A stretch of DNA of 62,411 nt from Candidatus Hermodarchaeota archaeon (GTDB lineage: Archaea; Asgardarchaeota; Lokiarchaeia; Sigyniarchaeales; SOKP01): positions 1 through 62,411 of the forward strand of contig JBHLLJ010000003.1 in NCBI GenBank assembly GCA_048885705.1, given 5' to 3'. Below are positions 48,426 to 56,823 of this stretch, piece after piece. The notes beneath the pieces were generated by a model that worked only from the letters and a program-made list of their open reading frames with translations, searched no databases and had not been told where the DNA came from. Positions within the stretch are counted from its first letter, which is position 1; each line of letters starts with the position of its first letter. Both the position numbers and the translations under genes were made by a program.

Positions 48426-49760
48426 TTAATTAATAGAATGATATTTATCAAGGTTTAAGATAGGATTAAAGTTCATTAATTTTTTTGTTGGCTTCTTTAC
48501 ATAACTTATTTCTGAAGTAATATCCTTCCGAATCATCTTTTTATTCTTTATTTTGCTAATTTTTAATAACCTTAACGTTCTCTTATAAATTTTTAGTGCA
48601 TTTGCTTTTAAATTTAATTTAACAAGCACTTTTGCCAAATTCCAATAATAAATGAAATCATCCCTGAATAATTGAATGGACTCTAAAAATTTCCCTTTAG
48701 CAATTTCATAATTTTGTTTATAAAATTCTTTTATTCCCTGATAAAAATATTCTTGGGATTTTTTTTGAATTAGAGTAAAAGTGAAGAAAAATAACTCATT
48801 CGATGTATTACTCTTTGAGAGCTCCTTTAGATGAGTTAATTGATTCTTCTTTTCATTTCTATAAAATAATAACTTCTCTATTATCGTTTCGCCAAATGAC
48901 TTTATCGATAAGAACGCCAACTTTTGAGTTCCAGGTATTGTAGGCAGCTTTTTTAGAGAATTAAGCAAGATATTAGGTAGGTTGTATTCTATTATATATT
49001 CTACTATTTCATTAAAGTATTTTATCTCAAAACTCGAAAGATAATTCAAATTCTCAATCGTATTAAGAAAAATTTTAGCTACTTGAGGAAATTTTAGTAG
49101 AATAGTCTTGAAAATTTCAATGATAATTACTTTATCTCTCTTTCCTTCAAACTCTTTTACCTTAACTAAAATAAAAGTAATTAATTCCTCCATTTCTTTT
49201 ATTAGAAAAGAGTTTTTAAAATCTACAATGTCTTCTAATAAAATTTTTTTTCGAATATGTGTAATGATTTGAAAGAGATTCGATTTCGAAGGTTTTTTAC
49301 ACTCAATCCTTAGTGTGGGTATTGATTCTGGATTATAATATTTCTTCTCATTTATATCAATAAATCCTATTTTTATAAGCATTTCAGTTAACAATTTTGG
49401 AGGATAACATAATTTATGTTGAAGACCTTCATGAGGGATACCAAATACCCAACCTAATATTTCTTTTTGTTGTTCATAGTCTCCGTGTAAGTATGATTGG
49501 AAAGCTTTTTCGATATCAGGAGTTTCTATTATTAGAATTCCATTATTCTGTAAAACCCTGAAAAATTCACTTAAAACGTAAAGAGCCTCGAAAAAACCTA
49601 TATGCTCAATGAATTGAATTGCTTTAACCTCTTCACAAGAATTATCAGGAAATGAGAGATTTGTAGCAGATATTTTTTGATCTGCTAATATACCCTCATA
49701 TAAATCAATATTACAATAATCTGATTCATATCTTTTTCCAGAACCAACGTTTAACTTCAT
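48426..49760 (-). CDS. class I SAM-dependent methyltransferase domain fused to a helical/TPR-like C-terminal region
   Basis: The N-terminus LNVGSGKRYESDYCNIDL...FPDNSCEEVKAIQFIEHIG...VLQNNGILIIETP is Methyltransf_11-like. The C-terminus has TPR-like pairs (YEIAKGKFLESIQL..YYWNLAKVLVKLN..ALKIYKRTL). Its start overlaps the upstream small ORF by 4 nt. Confidence 0.6.
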   Translation of the reverse strand: MKLNVGSGKRYESDYCNIDLYEGILADQKISATNLSFPDNSCEEVKAIQFIEHIGFFEALYVLSEFFRVLQNNGILIIETPDIEKAFQSYLHGDYEQQKEILGWVFGIPHEGLQHKLCYPPKLLTEMLIKIGFIDINEKKYYNPESIPTLRIECKKPSKSNLFQIITHIRKKILLEDIVDFKNSFLIKEMEELITFILVKVKEFEGKRDKVIIIEIFKTILLKFPQVAKIFLNTIENLNYLSSFEIKYFNEIVEYIIEYNLPNILLNSLKKLPTIPGTQKLAFLSIKSFGETIIEKLLFYRNEKKNQLTHLKELSKSNTSNELFFFTFTLIQKKSQEYFYQGIKEFYKQNYEIAKGKFLESIQLFRDDFIYYWNLAKVLVKLNLKANALKIYKRTLRLLKISKIKNKKMIRKDITSEISYVKKPTKKLMNFNPILNLDKYHSIN

Positions 49761-50002
49761 TTTTTATGTTTAAAATCATTTATTTTAACTGTTGAATATA
49801 AGGTTCCACTTGGATAAACAGATCTTGACCCAACAACTACAACAACAATGACGACAACCGCTATTAAAGCTAATATAAATATCAATAAAAGCTTAAATAA
49901 CAAAGATCGATTCCCTGAAAATATAAATGTTTTGTTAATTTCGCTACTCTTCAATCCTAACTCTTTTCCAATCTTATAAAATTGAGTTATTTCTTTAAAC
50001 AC
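49757..50002 (-). CDS. small single-span membrane protein, paralogue A of 46836..47162
   Basis: GTG-TTT start. Sequence: MFKEITQFYKIGKELGLKSSEIN...TM...YPSGTLYSTVKINDFKHKK. Confidence 0.5.
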   Translation of the reverse strand: MFKEITQFYKIGKELGLKSSEINKTFIFSGNRSLLFKLLLIFILALIAVVVIVVVVVGSRSVYPSGTLYSTVKINDFKHKK

Positions 50003-50170
50003 GTTGTAAATTTCACCTTTTAAACAAATAATTATACTATATTGTTGGTTATTATAATAACATATAAAAACTTAAAGGTGCAGTTATAGAACAATATAGA
50101 ATATTCTTAAATTTAAGTGATTAACTTTAATTTTTCCTTAAAGAGTTAATTCATTCATATAATGGGTTAT

Positions 50171-51997
50171 TTATAGAGCATATTGTTTTATTTTCTTCAT
50201 AATATTATCTTTAATTTCTTCGATCTGGTGAAAGGCTTCATTAGGTACTGTTTGATTTATTCGCAAAATTGAGTTTATTAGGTCTAACCCTAAAACATCT
50301 TCTATATTTATTTTTCGTTCTAGTAGAATTTTTCCCTCCTTATAGATTAAAAGTATAATTTTGATCATCCCTAATAATTTCTTAATATTTGTGAAATTAT
50401 CAATCTCATTGTAAGCATTTTGGATTAGAAAACCATTTTTTATCATGTTGGTAATAAAAAGTATTAATTGTTGATCTTCAGGTAAATTTTTTTGTCCTAC
50501 TAACTGAATGATATGTTTCAAATCTTGTTCTTTTGATAGAATCTCGTTCATTTGGTTTCTACACTCGGACCAGTCAAGATCAATCTCAGGCCAATCAATA
50601 TCTCTTTCAAACCACCATTCTGTTATAAATTGGGGATAATTAGAATATGAATTTAGCCAATTAATAGCAGGGTAATGTTTTAGATAAGCTAAATTAGGAT
50701 CTAATGCCCAAAAACCTTGAACTAAACGTTTTGTTGTAGAAGTTACCGGTTCACTAAAGTCACCTGCTGGAGGAGAAATAGTACTAACAATTGAAATTGA
50801 ACCTTTTCTTTCATTTCCTAGATGATCTTTTCCTATGGTATTAACAACTCCTGCTCTTTCATAAAAACTTGATAATTTAGATGGTAGATAAGCAGGATAA
50901 CCTTCTTCTGCTGGCATTTCCTCTAGTAATCCAGAAATTTCTCTTAAGGATTCTGCCCATCTTGATGTACTATCTGCGAGAACTAAAACATTATACCCCA
51001 TATCTCGAAAATATTCTGCTATGGTAACTCCTGAAAATAGACTAGCTTCTCGAGCAGACACAGGCATATTGGATGTGTTAACAATAAGTATTACTCTGTC
51101 TAATATGGGTTTACCACTCCTAGGATTTACTGTTTCTGAAATTTGTTTCATAATATTTGCAATTTCATTACCAGGTTCACCACATCCGATATACACACAA
51201 ACGTCTACATCACTCCATTTAGCTAAGGATTGTATTATAACGGTTTTACCCGTTCCAAAGCCTCCTGGGATTGCTGTAGTTCCTCCTTTAACTATTGGAA
51301 ATAATAAATCAATAATTCTTATACCTGTAATTAAGGGTTCCTGAGGATTTTCTTTTCTTTTAAAAGGGCGATTTTTAGTAATTGGCCATTTTTGCAACAT
51401 AGAAAAAGATTCTTCTTTATGCATGTTTTTGATCTTAAAAATCTCATCAATAATAGTATAATCTCCTTCATGTGCAATAAATGATATTTTTCCTGAAATA
51501 AAAGGGGGGACCATAATTTTATGATCAATTAATGCAGTTTCTTGAACAGTACCAATAATGTCTCCCTCGTTAACCTCCTCATTAACTTTTTTTAAAGGTA
51601 TGAAATGCCATTTTCTAGTCCTCGATAAACAAGGATAATTAACTCCTCTCACTAATTCTCCAGTAGAATAATGAGTAAATACTTTACCTAATGGTCTTTG
51701 TATCCCATCAAAAACCTTCCCAAGAATTCCAGGTGCTAATTCCATGGATAAAGGTTCGTTCAAACTAATAACTTTTTCATTCAATTTTAAGGATATAGTA
51801 TTTTCAAAACATTGAGCCACAACATGATTAGAAAAAATTTGAATTATTGTTCCTAGAATATTATGTTTGGGAATATTAATTAAATCATAAAGACGTACAT
51901 GATTCTCTAACCCCTTAACTTTAATAAGAGATCCTATAATTGAAGAAATATATCCATATTTTATTTCGCTTTCTATCATCTTTTTTGCACAAACCAT
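50171..51997 (-). CDS. atpA: A/V-type ATPase catalytic subunit A paralogue (second copy) with GEPGNE in place of GERGNE
   Basis: It is colinear with 56820..58664 and roughly two-thirds identical to it by eye. Walker A is PGGFGTGKTV. IGCGEPGNE has Pro encoded by CCT (plus-strand agg at 51173-51175). Confidence 0.85.
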   Translation of the reverse strand: MVCAKKMIESEIKYGYISSIIGSLIKVKGLENHVRLYDLINIPKHNILGTIIQIFSNHVVAQCFENTISLKLNEKVISLNEPLSMELAPGILGKVFDGIQRPLGKVFTHYSTGELVRGVNYPCLSRTRKWHFIPLKKVNEEVNEGDIIGTVQETALIDHKIMVPPFISGKISFIAHEGDYTIIDEIFKIKNMHKEESFSMLQKWPITKNRPFKRKENPQEPLITGIRIIDLLFPIVKGGTTAIPGGFGTGKTVIIQSLAKWSDVDVCVYIGCGEPGNEIANIMKQISETVNPRSGKPILDRVILIVNTSNMPVSAREASLFSGVTIAEYFRDMGYNVLVLADSTSRWAESLREISGLLEEMPAEEGYPAYLPSKLSSFYERAGVVNTIGKDHLGNERKGSISIVSTISPPAGDFSEPVTSTTKRLVQGFWALDPNLAYLKHYPAINWLNSYSNYPQFITEWWFERDIDWPEIDLDWSECRNQMNEILSKEQDLKHIIQLVGQKNLPEDQQLILFITNMIKNGFLIQNAYNEIDNFTNIKKLLGMIKIILLIYKEGKILLERKINIEDVLGLDLINSILRINQTVPNEAFHQIEEIKDNIMKKIKQYAL

Positions 51998-52002
51998 ATA
52001 TT

Positions 52003-52419
52003 TTATTGTAAAATAACCTCATTACAGAATGGGCACTTTTTAACAAAGTTAGGCACAGTATTTCCACAATTCTTACATTTGTTTATTATAGATTTGCGGT
52101 AGTTGAAATCCAAATTCATAGGTTTAGGAATTTTTGATTCTAGCTGATTATGTTCCTTTTGTTTCAGATTATTGTTTCTTTCTCCACTTTTTTTATTTGA
52201 AAACATCCGAGAATAAAGAGTCCTCTTTTTTGGTCTTAAAAAAGGACCAATAGTAGCTAAAAATATAAAAATCAATAAGATTGAAACAATTAAAGGATTC
52301 AAACCAAAATTAACTAAAAGATAATACAAATAAATAAAGAGAGCTAAATAAATCGTTAAACCAATTAATTTTAATGCGGTTTTTTTACTTGATTTTTGAT
52401 TTTTTTTTTCTGACACCAT
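52003..52419 (-). CDS. small membrane protein with C-terminal zinc ribbon, embedded in the ATPase operon
   Basis: It has two hydrophobic spans, then a basic linker and CKNCGNTVPNFVKKCPFC. It lies 37 nt after atpI and 5 nt before the second atpA copy. Confidence 0.5.
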   Translation of the reverse strand: MVSEKKNQKSSKKTALKLIGLTIYLALFIYLYYLLVNFGLNPLIVSILLIFIFLATIGPFLRPKKRTLYSRMFSNKKSGERNNNLKQKEHNQLESKIPKPMNLDFNYRKSIINKCKNCGNTVPNFVKKCPFCNEVILQ

Positions 52420-52456
52420 AAATTACAGATTTTGGTTTTACTTTTAAATATTCAAA

Positions 52457-54769
52457 TCATTTAAATTCTTTAATAATATAACTCTTAGCTTTATCAATCT
52501 CTTCTTTTACAGATTTAATCTCGATTTCTTTATCAATCTCTTCAGAAATTATGTCTCTATCGAGTTCTCTGGTAAATGATATAAATGAATAATTGTCATC
52601 AAGATAGAATGGAAAATATTCAATACCAGATCCTTGAAAGAATTTGAAAAAGAATTCATAATAATGCAATCTCATAGTATTTATAAAGACAAGCAAGCCT
52701 TCTATGAGAATCACGACCATATTTCCAAATATAGCTCCGATTAGGTTTAAGATATCAAATCCAATCCCTACTCCTTGAATTAAGTTTCCCATTTGATTTA
52801 TAGCAAATAGTAAAGCAATATGAGCTAATGCCAAGGCTAACAATCTAATGTAAGATAACACATTACTCATCACTGATAATAAAGTATCAAAAGTTTCAAT
52901 TGATCCCTCACCTATTAAACCTCCAATAGATTCTTGCTGTAAATAGGATATCTTAAAGATTTTTCCAAATGGTTTTGAAAATATTAATAATAATCCTGGA
53001 ATCAAAACAAATAAAATTGGATATGGATAAGATAACCATATATTAATATTAAATCCATAACCGAATATTAAAATTGCACCTCCTAATAAAAAGAAAATCT
53101 TCATTAATGAATCGCTAAATGCTAGATATTTTCTACTTTGCTTCCAATAATTTAAGAATTGAATAAACCATCCAAGAATTATGTGAAATATCCCAATTGT
53201 TATAGCAAAATAAAAAACGGATAATATATTTCCCAACGGATTATATAATTGTATAATTACATTTATATTTAAATATGGAATTACTATTGGAATTACTATT
53301 GGATTTTCTTCAAAATTCCATATTATATTGCCGAAAATTTCTATTTCATGATGTCCAAAAAATTCACCATAAAAAAATCCTATGAGAAAAGAAGCCCATC
53401 CACAATAGAAGATAATCCAAGAAAAACTTGAAAACGTTTTTTTTCTCTTCTTAAATGCTAGAGCCCCAATAAATCCTGCAATTATTAAAACTAAACCATG
53501 CCCTATATCACCGAACATAATTCCAAATAATATTGGAAAGGTGAATGCTATAATCGGAGTAGGATCTATTTCGGAATATGTAGGTGTACCGTACATTTTT
53601 GTAATTGTTTCAAAAGGTTTTGCTAAGAAAATATTTTTCATGATTCTTGGAGTAACATCTCTTAAATCTTCAAAATGTTCATCTTTTCCATTTTTTGATT
53701 TAAATTCTTCAGATTTTGATTTGAAGCCGAGTTTTTCTTTTTTAAACTCTTTCTTTTTATAGGATTCACGAATTGGACGCTTTTTAGAAACATCAATCGA
53801 TTCAATTAAGATATTTTCTTTAAATTTATTGAATAAGTCTTCTTTGATTATATTCTTTTTTGATAAAGGCACAAAAAATTTAAGAATTGTTCTATTTGCA
53901 GAACTTACTTCAAATTGTTGAGCTGCCCAGTTATACTCTTCGATATTCTGAACAATTTCGTTAATTCCTGCGAACTTTATTAAATTATCACTAGAAATTC
54001 TGTTTTGTTCTTTATTATAGCGTGATAACAAGTCTTTTATAAATTTTATTTCAGTATCAATTCGATTGTAATTGATACCAGTATCAGTTAAATACTTTTT
54101 TAAAATTGGAACTTCTTCAGAATGAATCAATCGAATTCTTCCATTAAATTCATCCTCTTTATCTTTTGGATAAAATATATAGAATCCAGTTCGATCCTCT
54201 GAGATTTGAAATGTCTCATAATAATTAGGGAATTCTGAGAATGTAAAAAGATTGATTAAATTTTCTAAATTCTTGGAAAAGGTAGTAAAAACTCTAAATT
54301 TAAAATATTTTAAGTTGGGAACATTATTATTTGTTATTTCTATTTTTTCAAGGTATTTATAACATTTTTTTACAATTTCTATATTTTCCAACTCTATTTT
54401 TGCTTTAGATATATAACTTTTCAATTCTATAGCTCTATTCGTAAAGAATTCAATTTCTTCGAGAACATGATTAATTAATTCGTCGAGATCTTGAGCTTTA
54501 AACTCTATTCTCTCTGATTTATTTATTCTCAAATTATTTATATCTTCTTGATTAATATCGAGTCGATTAAATAACGTATCTAGGTTTTTTCTCACTAAAT
54601 TAATTTTTTCAACAATAGGTTTTTTTTCTTCTATCTCTCCTTGCAGTTCAGATTTTTCTTTTGGTTTAATATGTACCGTATTTAAATTAGAAAGTTCAAT
54701 CAAAAGCTGGTCTTTATAATTATAATTTATATCCACTTTCATCAGGCAAAATTCATCTTTTTTTCCCAT
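52457..54769 (-). CDS. atpI: A/V-type ATPase subunit I (stator a-subunit homologue)
   Basis: 770 aa. It has an N-terminal soluble coiled region and a C-terminal polytopic domain with SYIRLLALALAH (essential Arg motif). Confidence 0.8.
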   Translation of the reverse strand: MGKKDEFCLMKVDINYNYKDQLLIELSNLNTVHIKPKEKSELQGEIEEKKPIVEKINLVRKNLDTLFNRLDINQEDINNLRINKSERIEFKAQDLDELINHVLEEIEFFTNRAIELKSYISKAKIELENIEIVKKCYKYLEKIEITNNNVPNLKYFKFRVFTTFSKNLENLINLFTFSEFPNYYETFQISEDRTGFYIFYPKDKEDEFNGRIRLIHSEEVPILKKYLTDTGINYNRIDTEIKFIKDLLSRYNKEQNRISSDNLIKFAGINEIVQNIEEYNWAAQQFEVSSANRTILKFFVPLSKKNIIKEDLFNKFKENILIESIDVSKKRPIRESYKKKEFKKEKLGFKSKSEEFKSKNGKDEHFEDLRDVTPRIMKNIFLAKPFETITKMYGTPTYSEIDPTPIIAFTFPILFGIMFGDIGHGLVLIIAGFIGALAFKKRKKTFSSFSWIIFYCGWASFLIGFFYGEFFGHHEIEIFGNIIWNFEENPIVIPIVIPYLNINVIIQLYNPLGNILSVFYFAITIGIFHIILGWFIQFLNYWKQSRKYLAFSDSLMKIFFLLGGAILIFGYGFNINIWLSYPYPILFVLIPGLLLIFSKPFGKIFKISYLQQESIGGLIGEGSIETFDTLLSVMSNVLSYIRLLALALAHIALLFAINQMGNLIQGVGIGFDILNLIGAIFGNMVVILIEGLLVFINTMRLHYYEFFFKFFQGSGIEYFPFYLDDNYSFISFTRELDRDIISEEIDKEIEIKSVKEEIDKAKSYIIKEFK

Positions 54770-54789
54770 AATCTCCTCACTAAATTTGT

Positions 54790-55431
54790 TTATTCTTGCT
54801 TAATAATAAGATCTTTTGTCTTTTTCAATCTAACATAATTTTCTCTTTCAATTTCCTCTAAAATGTCTTTAATTTGTTTGATATTTGATTCTAATCTAGG
54901 TATTATTACATTTTTCAAACCATTTATCCTTCTATTAACTTTTTTAAAAGATGATGCAACTTTTAGGATTAAATCTTCAATTTCAGAAAATTTTATAATC
55001 TTATTAAAGAATTCTTTTAAAACTATTAATAAATCATCAAGATAATGACTTGTATTTTCAAAAGTATAAGCGGGAAGTTTCTTTTCTTGAAACAACTCAT
55101 AGTCTATTTGAGTAATTACAAGTCCCATGTTTTTTACTGTTCGAATATTAATCCTTGGTTTATATTGGATTCTACTTAATTTGCTAATTAGAATTACTTC
55201 ATTTTTGCCCATTTCTTCATAGGTTTTAGTTAAAGTGTTAATAGATCCTTTGAATAATTTAAGAAGTTCTTTCCTTTTTGAATTATAATCCATCCATAGT
55301 TTTTTAATTTGAAGAATGAGTTGTTCACGTCTAATTTCTAAAAAATTTTGCCCTTTAATTGCAAAATCTAATCTTCTTTTTAAATTAAGTAAATTTGTTT
55401 TTGTAGGTTTAATTTCTCTAAAACTTATGAT
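54790..55431 (-). CDS. atpD: A/V-type ATPase subunit D (central stalk), apparently initiating at ATC/ATA directly after the atpB stop
   Basis: The track ORF starts at MDYNS (55293). The in-frame upstream sequence IISFREIKPTKTNLLNLKRRLDFAIKGQNFLEIRREQL is the conserved subunit-D N-terminus. Confidence 0.75.
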   Translation of the reverse strand: MISFREIKPTKTNLLNLKRRLDFAIKGQNFLEIRREQLILQIKKLWMDYNSKRKELLKLFKGSINTLTKTYEEMGKNEVILISKLSRIQYKPRINIRTVKNMGLVITQIDYELFQEKKLPAYTFENTSHYLDDLLIVLKEFFNKIIKFSEIEDLILKVASSFKKVNRRINGLKNVIIPRLESNIKQIKDILEEIERENYVRLKKTKDLIIKQE

Positions 55432-56823
55432 TTACACCTGCGGTTTATGGTATTTGTCAATATATTTAGGATGAATTCTAATTAATTGGTCTTTATTTAA
55501 ATGGGAAAGAGTCTCCCAAGCACGATTTAGGGTTTGGTCAAAATCTCTACTTTCAGTCGATTTTTGATTAAGAAATTTTTGTTCAAAATCAAAACCATAT
55601 TTTAATAGATTTCTTTGATCATTATTTAAACCATCTTCACCTACAATGGAAATTAAATCTTTAACTTCAAGATAGGATGAATATGAAGCTAATAATTGAG
55701 AACTAACATCTGCGTGATCTTCCCTTGTCTTATCCTTCCCTATAGCATCCTTCATTAATCTTGATATTGAAGCTAATACTTCAAAGGGCGGATATACATC
55801 TTTTTTTTGTAACGCACGGCTAAGAACCAATTGTCCCTCGGTAATATAGCCAGTAGTATCTGGAATGGGATGAGAAATGTCATCATTTGGCATTGTAAGA
55901 ATTGGGATCTGGGTTATTGTTCCTTTTTTTCCCTTGATTTTTCCCGTTCTTTCATAAATTGAAGCAAAATCTGAATAAATATAACCGGGATATCCCTTTC
56001 TACTAGGAATTTCTTCTTTAGCAGAACTAAGTTCTCGTAAAGCTTCGGCATAATTAGTCATATCAATTAAAATTACTAACACATGCATATCTTTCTCAAA
56101 AGCATAATATTCAGCAGTAGTTAAGGCAACTCGAGGAATTATTAATCTTTCAATAATTGGATCATCGGCAAAATTAATGAAAGAGACAATATTTTGAAGC
56201 TTTCCACTTTCTTGAAATCTACTTAAGAAATATATTGCTTCATCTTGGATTATGCCAATTCCACAGAATATGATTACAAACGGTTCTTCTGACAAAACTT
56301 TTGCTTGAGTTGCTATTTGAGCCGCTAATTTATTATGCGGTAATCCTTGTCCGCTAAAAATAGGAAGTTTTTGACCTCTAATAAGGGTAAAGAGTCCATC
56401 AATTACAGAAATACCTGTTTGTATAATGTCTACAGGATATTCTCTAGCAAAGGGATTAATAGGAGTTCCATTAATGTCTTTTCGAACATCAGTTAATATA
56501 TCGGAATCTAAAACATTCTTCGTCCTAATATCAATGGGATGTCCGAGTGAATTGAAAGTTTGTCCAAACATATCTTTTGATATGTTTATTTTAAAAGTAT
56601 CTTCTGTAAATGTGATTTCTGCATTTTCTGAGGACAGTCCTGAAGTATCCTCGAAAACTTCAACAATAATCATATCTTCAGTCATTTTAATTATCTGTCC
56701 TGTTCGAATATTATTATCCTCCGTTTTAATTCGAACTATCTCACCGTATTGAGCACTATGCTCATTTTTTAAAAATAACAGTGGCCCAATAATCTGCTGA
56801 ATCTTTTTATAAATTACACTCAT
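55432..56823 (-). CDS. atpB: A/V-type ATPase subunit B
   Basis: 463 aa. YGEIVRI, GQKLPIFSGQGLPHN and YPGYIYSDFASIYERTG are regulatory-subunit motifs. It has a 4-nt overlap with atpA. Confidence 0.9.
   Translation of the reverse strand: MSVIYKKIQQIIGPLLFLKNEHSAQYGEIVRIKTEDNNIRTGQIIKMTEDMIIVEVFEDTSGLSSENAEITFTEDTFKINISKDMFGQTFNSLGHPIDIRTKNVLDSDILTDVRKDINGTPINPFAREYPVDIIQTGISVIDGLFTLIRGQKLPIFSGQGLPHNKLAAQIATQAKVLSEEPFVIIFCGIGIIQDEAIYFLSRFQESGKLQNIVSFINFADDPIIERLIIPRVALTTAEYYAFEKDMHVLVILIDMTNYAEALRELSSAKEEIPSRKGYPGYIYSDFASIYERTGKIKGKKGTITQIPILTMPNDDISHPIPDTTGYITEGQLVLSRALQKKDVYPPFEVLASISRLMKDAIGKDKTREDHADVSSQLLASYSSYLEVKDLISIVGEDGLNNDQRNLLKYGFDFEQKFLNQKSTESRDFDQTLNRAWETLSHLNKDQLIRIHPKYIDKYHKPQV

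Noticed and set aside
51021-51528. Track ORFs 51021..51344 (+) and 51331..51528 (-), within the second atpA copy.
   Set aside because: They are an antisense frame and an off-frame, respectively, of a full-length conserved gene.
53541-55045. Track ORFs 53541..53762 (+) and 54863..55045 (+).
   Set aside because: They are antisense shadows of atpI and atpD.
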